A stretch of DNA of 49,234 nucleotides. It comes from Meiothermus sp. GTDB lineage: Bacteria > Deinococcota > Deinococci > Deinococcales > Thermaceae. The notes below the pieces were generated by a model. That model saw only the letters and a list, made by a program, of their open reading frames with translations. It was not told where the DNA came from and searched no databases. This document shows, piece by piece, positions 9,243 to 20,310 of this stretch. Every line of letters starts with the position of its first letter. Within the stretch, counting starts at the first letter, position 1. The translations under genes were made by a program, and so were the position numbers. The DNA is taken from NCBI GenBank assembly GCA_033762915.1, contig JANRLD010000059.1:1-49234 (forward strand). The letters are read 5' to 3'.

Positions 9243-10076
9243 TCATGCCTCCAGGAACTTCGCGGCCTGCTCGGGGGTCGCGCCGTCGTGGACGATGCTC
9301 ATTAGGGCTTTGGTGATGCCGGCGGGGTCGGGGTGCTGGATGACGTTGCGCCCGTAGACGATGCCCGAGGCCCCCTGAAGCATCAGTTTGTGGGTACGCT
9401 CGAGGATTTCCCGGTCGCTCACCCGCCCGCCGCCGCGCACCAGCACCGGCACGCCGCCCGCAATCTCGACGACCTGGTGGTACTCCTCCACCTCGTCGCA
9501 GGGGTCGGCCTTGATCACATCCGCCCCCAGCTCGACCGCCTGGCGTACCAGCGGGAGAATCTTTTTCAGGTCGCCGTCCACCATGTAGCCCCCCGCCTTG
9601 GCGTTGTCCCGCATCACCAGCGGCTCGACCATCAGCGGCATCCCGTAGCGTTCGCACTCGGGCTTGAGGCGCAGGATGTTGCGCACGCAGGCTTGGTGCA
9701 GCTCGGGCTGGCCGGGGAGCATTAGCAGGTTGACCACCAGGCAGGCCGCGTCGAGGCGCAGGGCCTGCTCGAGGGGGCTCTCGATCAGTTCGGAAAACAG
9801 CCGGGCGGGCAGCTGGTTGCCGTAGATGTTGGCCACATCCGACCTCAGGGCCAGCCCGGGCTTGTTCGGCCCGCGAATGGCCTGCAGATGACGTGCCTGG
9901 CCGATGCTCAGCTGCACCACGTCTGGTTTGGCCCCCACCACCGTCTGCACCGCCTGGGCCATGTCCTCGATGCCGGGAAGGAAGCTAAGCTCGCCGAAAA
10001 AGCCGTGGTCAATGGCCACATCAAAACACCTGCCGTCGGCGGCCAGCAGTCGGTTTAGGCGGGGTTGTACGCTCAT
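9243..10076 (-). CDS. Class I aldolase (DhnA/LsrF-like family)
   Basis: VAIDHG, PLMVEPL, ELGADVIKA, VRGGG and YGRNVIQH motifs; ATG with AGGAG RBS. Confidence 0.85.
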   Translation of the reverse strand: MSVQPRLNRLLAADGRCFDVAIDHGFFGELSFLPGIEDMAQAVQTVVGAKPDVVQLSIGQARHLQAIRGPNKPGLALRSDVANIYGNQLPARLFSELIESPLEQALRLDAACLVVNLLMLPGQPELHQACVRNILRLKPECERYGMPLMVEPLVMRDNAKAGGYMVDGDLKKILPLVRQAVELGADVIKADPCDEVEEYHQVVEIAGGVPVLVRGGGRVSDREILERTHKLMLQGASGIVYGRNVIQHPDPAGITKALMSIVHDGATPEQAAKFLEA

Positions 10077-10264
10077 GGGTCTCCTTGGTATTGCTATGCT
10101 ACCCAACCTCGAGGCCAAAGAAGTAGCCCCAGCCCAAGCCTGCCCGCCACAGCCTCACGGCAGTCCGTACCCATATCCCGCAGGCACAGGTACGGATGGG
10201 CGGCGTTGGCCGGTCCCACAAAAACCCCAGCCTTGGTGCCAGGGGTGCTGCCCCCCAAAACCAG

Positions 10265-10292
10265 AAAAAACCCCTCTCCCGGGGGAGAGGGG
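10265..10292 (-). terminator. Terminator after prs
   Basis: CCCCTCTCC...GGAGAGGGG hairpin followed by a T-run on the minus strand. Confidence 0.65.
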
Positions 10293-10309
10293 CCGCTTGG
10301 CCTCGAGCC

Positions 10310-11311
10310 CTAGATCAGCATGCTGACCGACTGGTTGGTGTGGACGGCCTTGATGGCCTGGGCCAGCAGGCCGGCCGTGGAGAGGATGGTGTAGCGCCCG
10401 GCGCTGTTGCCGATGGGGATGGTGTCGGTGAAGACCACCTCGCGGATGGCGGGGTTGGCGAGGTTGTTGTGGGCGTTGCCGACCAGCACCGCGTGGCTGG
10501 CCATCACGATCACCTCGGGCAGCGCCCCTGCCGCCACCAGCGCCTCCACGCCCCTCGAGATCGTCCCGCCGGTGGAGATGATGTCGTCAACAATCAGGGG
10601 GCGCTTGCCCGCCACGTCCCCGATCACGTACGCCACCTGGGTCTCGGTGGGGCCGATGCGCCGCTTGGCCAGGATGGCCAGCGGCAGCCCCAGCCGCTCG
10701 GAAAGGCGACGGGCCTGCTCGGCCCGCCCAGAGTCGGGCGAGACCACCACCGCGTTTTGGGTCAGGCCCTTGGTCTCGAGGTACTCGGCGAACAGCCGCA
10801 CCGCCGAGAGTTCGTCTACGGGGTTGTAGAAGAAACCCTGAATCTGGGGGGCGTGCAGGTCGACGGTGATCACCCGGTCGATGCCCACGTGCTCCAGGAG
10901 CCCCGCCACCAGCCGGGCGCTGATGGGCTCGCGGCCCTTGGTCTGCTTGTCCTGGCGGGCGTAGCCGAAGTAGGGAATCACCGCGTTGATGCGGGCTGCG
11001 CTGCTGCGGCGCACCGCGTCGGCCATCACCATCAGCTCCATCAAGTTGTCGTTGACCGGGGGGGCGGTGGGCTGGATCAGGTATACATCGTCGCCGCGGA
11101 TGCTCTCGAGCAGCCGCACGCTCACCTCGCCGTCGGGGAAGCGCTCGACCACTGCCTCGCCCAGCCGCAGCCCCAAGGCTCGGGCCACCGCCTCGGCCAG
11201 CGGGCGGTTGGCGTGCCCGCTGAAGAGCTTGACGTGTCCGCCGTCGGTGTGCTGGAGTTCATCCATAAAGCTGGACTCGAGCCTAGACCCGTTGACCGAA
11301 ATCACGCCCAT
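10310..11311 (-). CDS. prs: Ribose-phosphate pyrophosphokinase
   Basis: FPDGE, PYFGYARQD, DLHAPQIQGFF, VVSPD and VDDIISTGGT motifs. The start could be slightly further downstream. Confidence 0.96.
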   Translation of the reverse strand: MGVISVNGSRLESSFMDELQHTDGGHVKLFSGHANRPLAEAVARALGLRLGEAVVERFPDGEVSVRLLESIRGDDVYLIQPTAPPVNDNLMELMVMADAVRRSSAARINAVIPYFGYARQDKQTKGREPISARLVAGLLEHVGIDRVITVDLHAPQIQGFFYNPVDELSAVRLFAEYLETKGLTQNAVVVSPDSGRAEQARRLSERLGLPLAILAKRRIGPTETQVAYVIGDVAGKRPLIVDDIISTGGTISRGVEALVAAGALPEVIVMASHAVLVGNAHNNLANPAIREVVFTDTIPIGNSAGRYTILSTAGLLAQAIKAVHTNQSVSMLI

Positions 11312-11623
11312 CTGTTCCTCCCGGCCCCAAGCGCATGTTCTGCAATGTCCATTCGCCCTCCCTCGATCCGTTAGACTTCCGCCACACAGCCCGACGCAAC
11401 ACCGTTATTGCACAGAGCCAACGAACAGTGAGAGCAAAGCACGACCAGAGCTGAACACCCCCAGTATACCGGCCCCGGGGTTAAATTGTGAGACCGAGGT
11501 TCAAATAACGCGCGGATTTCTGACCCCAGCGGTTGTGTATTTACACCCCGGTCGGGCAGGCTACACCCCACAGTTTGTGTGAGTTTGCTGGAACAAGTCG
11601 GGATACCGGGTAGCGGCGGCGGG

Positions 11624-11652
11624 TTGACGCTGGGCGGCTCAACCTGTACACT
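11624..11652 (+). promoter_or_regulatory. rpsO promoter
   Basis: TTGACG-N17-TACACT. Confidence 0.7.
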
Positions 11653-11745
11653 CACGTTTGGCCTTTTTGCCCCGGCGCTGCCGCGGTAGACGGGCTCGAG
11701 GGGGTTCCGGTCAGTGTGCTGGGGCCTGCCTGACAGGAGACCACC

Positions 11746-12015
11746 ATGTCACTCAGCAAAGAAGTCAAGACCGGCGTCATCACCGCCCACGCCCACCGCC
11801 CCGGCGACACCGGCTCCACCGAGGTCCAGATCGCCCTGCTGACCGAGAAGATCAACCGCCTCTCGGTTCACCTCAACGCCAACAAGCTCGACAAAGCTGC
11901 CCAGCGCGGCCTGTTGACCATGGTAGGGAAGCGCAAGCGTTTCCTGGCCTACCTCGAGAACGTGGACAAGGCCCGCTACCGCTCGCTGATCGAGAAGCTG
12001 GGCCTGCGTAAGTAG
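11746..12015 (+). CDS. rpsO: 30S ribosomal protein S15
   Basis: [25 protein letters not shown] and LIEKLGLRK motifs. Confidence 0.98.
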   Translation: MSLSKEVKTGVITAHAHRPGDTGSTEVQIALLTEKINRLSVHLNANKLDKAAQRGLLTMVGKRKRFLAYLENVDKARYRSLIEKLGLRK

Positions 12016-12086
12016 GTTTCCCCAACGCTCGCCGATACACCAACTCCGGGCCAAATCCCGGCAACCCCACCAAGCCAGTCCCGATA

Positions 12087-12115
12087 AACCCTCGAGCATG
12101 CCTCGAGGGTTTTTG
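12087..12115 (+). terminator. rpsO terminator
   Basis: AAACCCTCGAG-CATGC-CTCGAGGGTTT followed by Ts. Confidence 0.8.
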
Positions 12116-12187
12116 CTTTGGCCCCAGACCGCGGCGGTTGCTCCCGCCTCTCGGCTTTTGGCCCAGCGTAGTATCATGGCCGCACGC

Positions 12188-12535
12188 ATGTTGAGACTGT
12201 TGATGGTTCTGGTGGCGGGGTTGGCCGCCGGGTTGGCCCTCGCGGCCCCGGCCGCCTACGGCAAGCCGGTGCAGTTCTACATGGGTAAGCCGGTGGTTTT
12301 CGCCGACCTCGAGGTTACCTTCGACGGCGGCGGCAGCCTCACCGACGCCCAGGGCAACCCCAGAGAGTACCGGGCCTTCCGGGTGGTCAGCCGGGGCCAG
12401 AAGATCCTGGTGCCCTGGTACGCCGACCAGACCAAACCGGTCGATTTCCAGATCGCCGGGCGGCGTTTTCGCCTGCAGGTGGTGAAGTCCTCCAACCCCC
12501 GGGCCGACGGGGCCCTCACGGTCTGGAAGCGCTAA
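12188..12535 (+). CDS. Hypothetical exported protein
   Basis: Signal peptide MLRLLMVLVAGLAAGLALA; host-like codon usage. Confidence 0.75.
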   Translation: MLRLLMVLVAGLAAGLALAAPAAYGKPVQFYMGKPVVFADLEVTFDGGGSLTDAQGNPREYRAFRVVSRGQKILVPWYADQTKPVDFQIAGRRFRLQVVKSSNPRADGALTVWKR

Positions 12536-12560
12536 AGCCGAGTTAGGGACTCGAGCCGCC

Positions 12561-12917
12561 CTACCCCGTTAGGGCTTCCTCAATCCGCTGATGAACACCC
12601 TCGAGGTTCTCCATCACCTCGGCGTTGGTGAACCGAATGACTCGCAATCCCTGGCGCTCGAGGTACGCGCTGCGCTCGGCGTCGTAGGCTTTGCCGTGCT
12701 CGGTGAAGTGCGACTCTCCGTCCACCTCGACGACTAGCTTTGCTGAAGGGCAATAGAAGTCCACAATAAACATACCGATGGGCCGCTGACGGCGAAACTT
12801 CAGCGGCATTTCTTTGAGCAAGTACCACAGCTTTTTTTCCGCAGGTGTCATGTTGTGACGAAGTCCTCTGGCAAGACCAATTAATTCATAGTTGTAGCGA
12901 ATTCTTGTTGCTTTCAC
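12561..12917 (-). CDS. DUF559 (Vsr-like) endonuclease domain protein
   Basis: TPAEKKLW, KFRRQ.PIG.FIVDF, VEVDGESH and RVIRFTN motifs. Confidence 0.92.
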   Translation of the reverse strand: MKATRIRYNYELIGLARGLRHNMTPAEKKLWYLLKEMPLKFRRQRPIGMFIVDFYCPSAKLVVEVDGESHFTEHGKAYDAERSAYLERQGLRVIRFTNAEVMENLEGVHQRIEEALTG

Positions 12918-12951
12918 TCCCTCAGTTTAGCCTGACAGACTGCCTCAAGAA

Positions 12952-13081
12952 GCCTCCCCTACGGCGTAGGGGAGGTTGGAGGGGTGGGTACCGAGGTCGC
13001 CAGATTCAGATTTCCGTACGGTGAATTTTGCGACCCGTGAACGTACCCCGCCCTACCCACCCCTACGCTGTAGGGGTGGAC
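12952..13081. repeat. Inverted doublet of REP-like hairpins (REPIN-like)
   Basis: CCTCCCCTAC-GGC-GTAGGGGAGG-TTGGAGGGG, with an inverted partner CCCCGCCCTAC-CCACCCCTAC-GCT-GTAGGGGTGG. A related doublet lies inside the MITEs at 18.6 kb and 40.5 kb. Confidence 0.85.
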
Positions 13082-13112
13082 TTTACTGTGCAACACACTG
13101 GTTGGTGAACTG

Positions 13113-13192
13113 CCTCGAGAACCCTCGAAACTTGCCCTGCCAGCGCGGCGGAGGGGTTGGGGTTGGCTCGAGCCATCACAACCATCAGGAGC
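13113..13192. repeat. ~80-bp direct repeat, copy A (flanks parDE)
   Basis: CCTCGAGAACCC..AAACTTGCCcTGCCAGCGCGGCGGAGGGGT..CTCGAGCC..CAACCATCAGG matches 13814-13900. Confidence 0.85.
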
Positions 13193-13204
13193 TATGGAAT
13201 GCAC

Positions 13205-13513
13205 CTAGCGGAAAGTGTCGGGTTCGTCGTCAAGCAGTGCCTCTAGGTCTCTGGCACCGTGCAAAACTCGGACAATTTCGACCTCGCTCGAGGTGGGTCG
13301 GTAGAAAATCAGATAGCTGCCTTCGGGGATGCTGCGGAGGCCAGGGGCGAGGTTGGCTCGAGCCCTGCCTATGTCGGGAAAAGAATCCAAAGTGCTGAAG
13401 GTGGTTTGAAGTCGGTCTATGAAAGCATCAGCCCGCTCGATGCCACCGCTCTGAAGGATGAAGTCCCAAATCTCGAGCAGGTCAACTTCGGCCTTGAGGT
13501 GAAGCTGGGCCAT
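13205..13513 (-). CDS. parE: Type II toxin, RelE/ParE family
   Basis: AEVDLLEIWDFI, FPDIGRAR, YLIFYR and IVRVLHGARD motifs; start overlaps the antitoxin stop. Confidence 0.92.
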   Translation of the reverse strand: MAQLHLKAEVDLLEIWDFILQSGGIERADAFIDRLQTTFSTLDSFPDIGRARANLAPGLRSIPEGSYLIFYRPTSSEVEIVRVLHGARDLEALLDDEPDTFR

Positions 13514-13767
13514 TAACCCTTCCTGCTCTGCTGGCGTTCGCGGGCTTTTTTCTTGATGGCCTCAGCATCAAAGGGAACAGTTCCCCCACTCTCCAAGCCC
13601 TTGCGGATTTCCTCGCGCAACGCCTCGAGCCGCACCGCTTTGAGTTTGTCTTGCTCCTCGAGCAGCCGCAACGCATCGCGCACCACCTCGCTGGCCGAGC
13701 TGTACTGCCCCGACTTGAGCTTGTTCTCGATGAACTGCTCGAAGTGATCAGTCAGGTGGATGTTCAT
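13513..13767 (-). CDS. parD: Type II antitoxin, ParD family (RHH)
   Basis: MNIHL..SGQYSSASEVVRDALRLLE..LREEIRKGLESG. Confidence 0.92.
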   Translation of the reverse strand: MNIHLTDHFEQFIENKLKSGQYSSASEVVRDALRLLEEQDKLKAVRLEALREEIRKGLESGGTVPFDAEAIKKKARERQQSRKG

Positions 13768-13773
13768 GGTTCC

Positions 13774-13811
13774 AAAGTAGCCAAGCTGTCCAAAAATGTC
13801 AATAATGGACA
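13774..13811 (-). promoter_or_regulatory. parDE promoter (probably leaderless) with autoregulatory inverted repeat
   Basis: TTGACA-N17-TACTTT ending 6 bp before the ATG. TGTCCA (13787-92) and TGGACA (13806-11) straddle the -35. Confidence 0.75.
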
Positions 13812-13813
13812 TA

Positions 13814-13900
13814 CCTCGAGAACCCCCAAACTTGCCATGCCAGCGCGGCGGAGGGGTCGCCCCACATCGAGCCTCGAGCCGCCGCAACCATCAGGGGAGC
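13814..13900. repeat. ~80-bp direct repeat, copy B
   Basis: Matches 13113-13192; the cores are 700 bp apart. Confidence 0.85.
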
Positions 13901-13943
13901 ATCTTGGCTAGGCAACTCAAGTATTAAAGACAACGGAACTTCT

Positions 13944-15545
13944 CTAAAGAGACTCTAAAAATCTGCCCAAGTCATTGCCTTCTAGATCATGTAGCGACAT
14001 ATGACTTGCAATCTTCCAGTTTTCCCATTTTCCCCATGAGGGAGAGGCAGTTTTTAGCTTCTCAAAGGGAGTAAGAGCGCGGTAGCTATCTCCTTTTTCA
14101 GCTTGTATTGCATGGTCTGGGAAGTAGTTCTCTAGTGCCCTTCGCTCAAGTACATGGAGCTTGATGCCAACTCTTTGACAAACGGCTTTGAACTCTTGAC
14201 GATTGTTTTCCAGTGGACTGGTATCGGAATCTTTTTCACTATCGATCAAAGCTGAGATGTTGGGAAGGATGCGAGTCTTGATTTCACTTAGCTCGTGTTC
14301 TCTCTCTCCGTTAATAAAGTCACCCCCACCCAGCGGCAATAGCATCACTTTGTGGTCTTTGCCATGAAGACGTAGTAATTGGCGCATAGTTTTCAACTCA
14401 GTCGGCCCTTCAACCAAAAGAATTTGATCAAAGCCTACGTCAATGTGACTTGAGTAGCTCATTTCTCCAAGAAATAATGAAAGGTCTGGTTGTGCCTCAA
14501 ACTTCTTTATATGTGGTTTGTTTCTTTCATTGCGTGATACAGAGTAGACAAAGTCAGCATAAGTACGAGCTAGCCCTATACTATGTGTAGAAAATACCAA
14601 ACCGCGCTTAGTGTATGAACTTAGATTTTCAAGAAATCTAGTTTGTAACGAAGGATGAAGATGTAGTTCTGGTTCATCTATCATTATGAAAGATGGCCTT
14701 TGCATAGCAGCAATTGTTAGAACAAAGAGTAATTGCGACAGTCCAGATCCCAGCTCATTGAGTTCGTATGGCTCATCGTTCACAAATACCTTAAGCGATG
14801 GCGGTTCTAGAACCGCATTTATCTCCAAACTGTCAAATCCGAACACCTCTTTTAAGAATCGAGTAATTTTGAGCACAGTTCGATTGGTTACTAAGCCGGC
14901 ACCATTCTTCCATGTGTGCCAAGATGAAATAAAACTTTGCCCTATGGGAGTATCAAAGTAGTTTGTTCCACCGCTATTTATTACGTTCCTGTATGGGCCA
15001 ATATAAAGTGTATCTGAGAGAATATGCATAATTTTCATTATGGGATTGAAATCAACTTCCTCCCCGGCGGTGACAATAAAATTAGGGTTCTTTTGGCTTG
15101 CTCTAATCTCTCGTGACTCGCTTCGTAGATGTATTCCACTGCTTTGATAAACGAGTTGAACTTGTGCCTGACCGTAGGAATCATCAACCGGACGTAGAAA
15201 CACTAGTTTAAGCCAAACATTTTCATTGATAAACTCGTTTGGTTCGATATCCATTTCGATCGACATTTCTCTACTGTTTGTATTCGAGAAAGCATTAGGT
15301 GATTGTTCAAGAAACAAATGTGTAAAGCTGTTTGAATTTCGAGAATCAAACAATACTAACCACACATTCAGATTTTGAGAGAGTTCTCGGAACAGCGGCT
15401 TCAACTCGTAGAAAAATTTGAGAAGGGCTGACTTGCCAACGTTGTTCGGCCCAACAAACGCTATTGAACCGTTGCGAAGCGTAAATATGCCAGGATTACT
15501 ATCGGTGAAACAACGATAGTTCTAAATTGTAAACGTGATGTGCAT
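13944..15545 (-). pseudogene. OLD-family-like ABC-ATPase + TOPRIM nuclease with an in-frame TAG at codon 8
   Basis: From ATG 15545: MHITFTI*NYRCF...FVGPNNVGKS (Walker A), in frame with ORF 13944-15404. That ORF carries LGSG, IDEPELHLHP, STHS and TOPRIM LVEGPTE / LIDSE / ALENY. Markedly AT-rich. Confidence 0.85.
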
Positions 15546-15562
15546 ATTACGGTAAAGAATAG

Positions 15563-15593
15563 CAAAAAAACGGGGTGATAGTTCACCCCGTTC
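15563..15593 (-). terminator. acnA terminator
   Basis: AACGGGGTGA-TAGT-TCACCCCGTT hairpin followed by a T-run on the minus strand. Confidence 0.85.
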
Positions 15594-15609
15594 TAATTTC
15601 TCTAGGTGT

Positions 15610-18315
<2,706 letters not shown>

Positions 18316-18580
18316 GTGGGTCTCCTGTTGCTGGTGTTCAGGCATGAAACCATTGCAAGCGGTTAGCCTTTGGCTAAAAGCTAATTGCCAACTGCCACGG
18401 CCGTTTTAAAGCCTAAGCAGTTTACTCCACGCCAAAGGGAGCAAATAGGCTTTGAGAAACGGACCGGGTCCGCTTGAGTTTTTGGGGCTGGTTTCGATGC
18501 CTGGGCGGGTGCGCCCTGCCTCAGACGCCCATCAGTGTACATTAAATCTCGAGTTGTGAAGCGATCTCGAGGTGCGAAAA

Positions 18581-18795
18581 GCAGGGCAACCGCAAAGTCG
18601 CCTTAAAGCCTCCCCTACAGCGTAGGGGAGGTTGGAGGGGTCTGTTCCGAGGTCGCCCATTCAGTCAGCGAATACATGGGTCAGCGCGGAACAAACCCCG
18701 CCCTACCCACCCCTACAGCGTAGGGGTGGACTTCATGGTTAAGCCTGCTGGCTTTCGGAGTTGCTCCCAAAAACCCGACTTTGCGGTTGCCCTGC
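18581..18795. mobile_element. MITE family A (copy 1) carrying the REP doublet
   Basis: Perfect 20-bp TIR GCAGGGCAACCGCAAAGTCG (18581-600 / 18776-95). Flanking direct repeat GCGAAAAG (18574-81 / 18796-803). Nearly identical to 40501-40713. Confidence 0.9.
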
Positions 18796-18817
18796 GCGAA
18801 AAGGGGTCAAGCGCGGC

Positions 18818-20170
18818 TCAGCTAAGCTCTCCCACCACCTCCTCGAACACCTCGGTATGCCGGTCGACCTGCGCCCTCGTGGTCGCCGGGGACATCAGGG
18901 CCATGTTGTGGAAGGGGGTGAGCAAAATCCCCCGGTTGAGCATGTAGAGGTGCACCAGGGGGTCGAGGTCGGGGTCCTGGCCGGCCATGGCCTCGGAGCC
19001 GTTCTTGGCGGGGTTGGGGCGGAAGAGGTACTCCACGCGGCAGCCGACCCGGGTCACGTGCCAGGGCAGGCCGTGCCGCTCCATCACCCGCCGGACCTCG
19101 GCCTCGAGGTACTCGGCTAGGGGGATCATGCGGGCGTAGGCCTCCTCGGTCAGGACGTGCTCGAGGGTGGCCCGCATGGCCGCCAGCGAGAGGGCGTTGG
19201 CGGCCAGGGTGCCCCCGATGCCGCCGGTGTCGGCGTAGGGGGCCTGGATGGCGGCCTGGGCCAGCGGGGCCACCTCGGCACTGAAGCCATAGGCGGCGGC
19301 CGGAATCCCGCCCGCCAGCGGCTTGCCCACCGTGAGCAGGTCGGGCTGCAGGCCGTGGGCCCGGGTGTAGCCGCCCACCCCGGCCGAGAGGGTGTGGGTC
19401 TCGTCGATGATCAGCAGGGTGCCGTACTTGCGGGTGAGGCTGCGCAGGGCCTGGTGGTAGCCCGGCGCAGGCTGGACGATACCGACGTTGGTCATCACCG
19501 GCTCGGCCAGCACCGCGGCCACGTCGCCAGGGGCCAGGGCGGCCTCGAGGGCTTCCAGGTCGTTCCACTCCACCACCTTGGAGGTGAGGGTGGGGTCTAC
19601 CTGCGGCCCGATGTTACCCACGCGGCTCCTGGGCTGCCCATCTTGCAGGGTGATGTAGGCCTCGTCCACGGTGCCGTGGTAGCAGCCGTTGAAGACCAGG
19701 ACTTTCGGGCGCCCGGTGACGGCTCGAGCCAGCCTTAAGGCGAAGCGATTCGCGTCGGTGGCCGAGAGCGCAAACTGCCAGTACTTCAGCCCGAAGCGCC
19801 GCCCCAGGTCCTCGGCCACCCAGAGGGCTTCCTCGGAGGGGAGCATGGTGGTGACGCCCTTGGAAAACTGGCCCAGGATCGCAGGCCGAACCGCCTCGGG
19901 CGCGTGGCCGGTCATGGCCCCGGTGTCGCCTAGGCAGAGGTCGATGTACTCATGGCCATCCGCGTCCTTGAAGGTCGCCCCGCTGGCCTCGCTCACGAAC
20001 AGCGGGAAGCCCCCCGGCCAGCGGGTCATCCAGTGCATCGGCACGCCGGCTAACAGCGAGTTCTGGGCCTGCTGGTAGAGTTCGTAAGATTTGGGGTGGG
20101 TCTCGCGGAACGCCCTGAGTTCGCGCTCCATCAGTTGCTTAACCTTTTCGCGGTCGATGGCTGTGGTCAT
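18818..20170 (-). CDS. Class III aminotransferase (GSA-aminomutase-like)
   Basis: GVPMHWM, CYHG, IIDETHT, TVGKPLAGG (PLP lysine) and GGTL motifs. Confidence 0.88.
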   Translation of the reverse strand: MTTAIDREKVKQLMERELRAFRETHPKSYELYQQAQNSLLAGVPMHWMTRWPGGFPLFVSEASGATFKDADGHEYIDLCLGDTGAMTGHAPEAVRPAILGQFSKGVTTMLPSEEALWVAEDLGRRFGLKYWQFALSATDANRFALRLARAVTGRPKVLVFNGCYHGTVDEAYITLQDGQPRSRVGNIGPQVDPTLTSKVVEWNDLEALEAALAPGDVAAVLAEPVMTNVGIVQPAPGYHQALRSLTRKYGTLLIIDETHTLSAGVGGYTRAHGLQPDLLTVGKPLAGGIPAAAYGFSAEVAPLAQAAIQAPYADTGGIGGTLAANALSLAAMRATLEHVLTEEAYARMIPLAEYLEAEVRRVMERHGLPWHVTRVGCRVEYLFRPNPAKNGSEAMAGQDPDLDPLVHLYMLNRGILLTPFHNMALMSPATTRAQVDRHTEVFEEVVGELS

Positions 20171-20310
20171 GCTCGGGATATTCTATGAGGTTGGCCCGCC
20201 CGACTCTGCTGCGCGCACGACAAGCGGGGCCGCGGCCCATGCGTCGGCGAACCGTACCCACCCAGCGTGACACCCCAGGCGCAGCTTAAGTTTGACAGCC
20301 GTGACCCGTC

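Noticed and set aside
13113..13900. Integron attC sites
   Set aside because: No RYYYAAC/GTTRRRY ends, no full-length palindrome and no integrase. Retained only as unexplained direct repeats.
13944..15404. 486-aa ORF as the complete gene
   Set aside because: It lacks Walker A, which is encoded upstream in the same frame, after the TAG and before the TTG start.
18362..18396. Possible DtxR/IdeR iron box upstream of acnA (TTAGCC-TTT-GGCTAA)
   Set aside because: Poor fit to the 19-bp consensus; better explained as a heptamer tract.
18726..18947. Small ORFs crossing the MITE copies (also 40393-40835)
   Set aside because: They are shared only because the non-coding MITE sequence is repeated; no transposase motifs.
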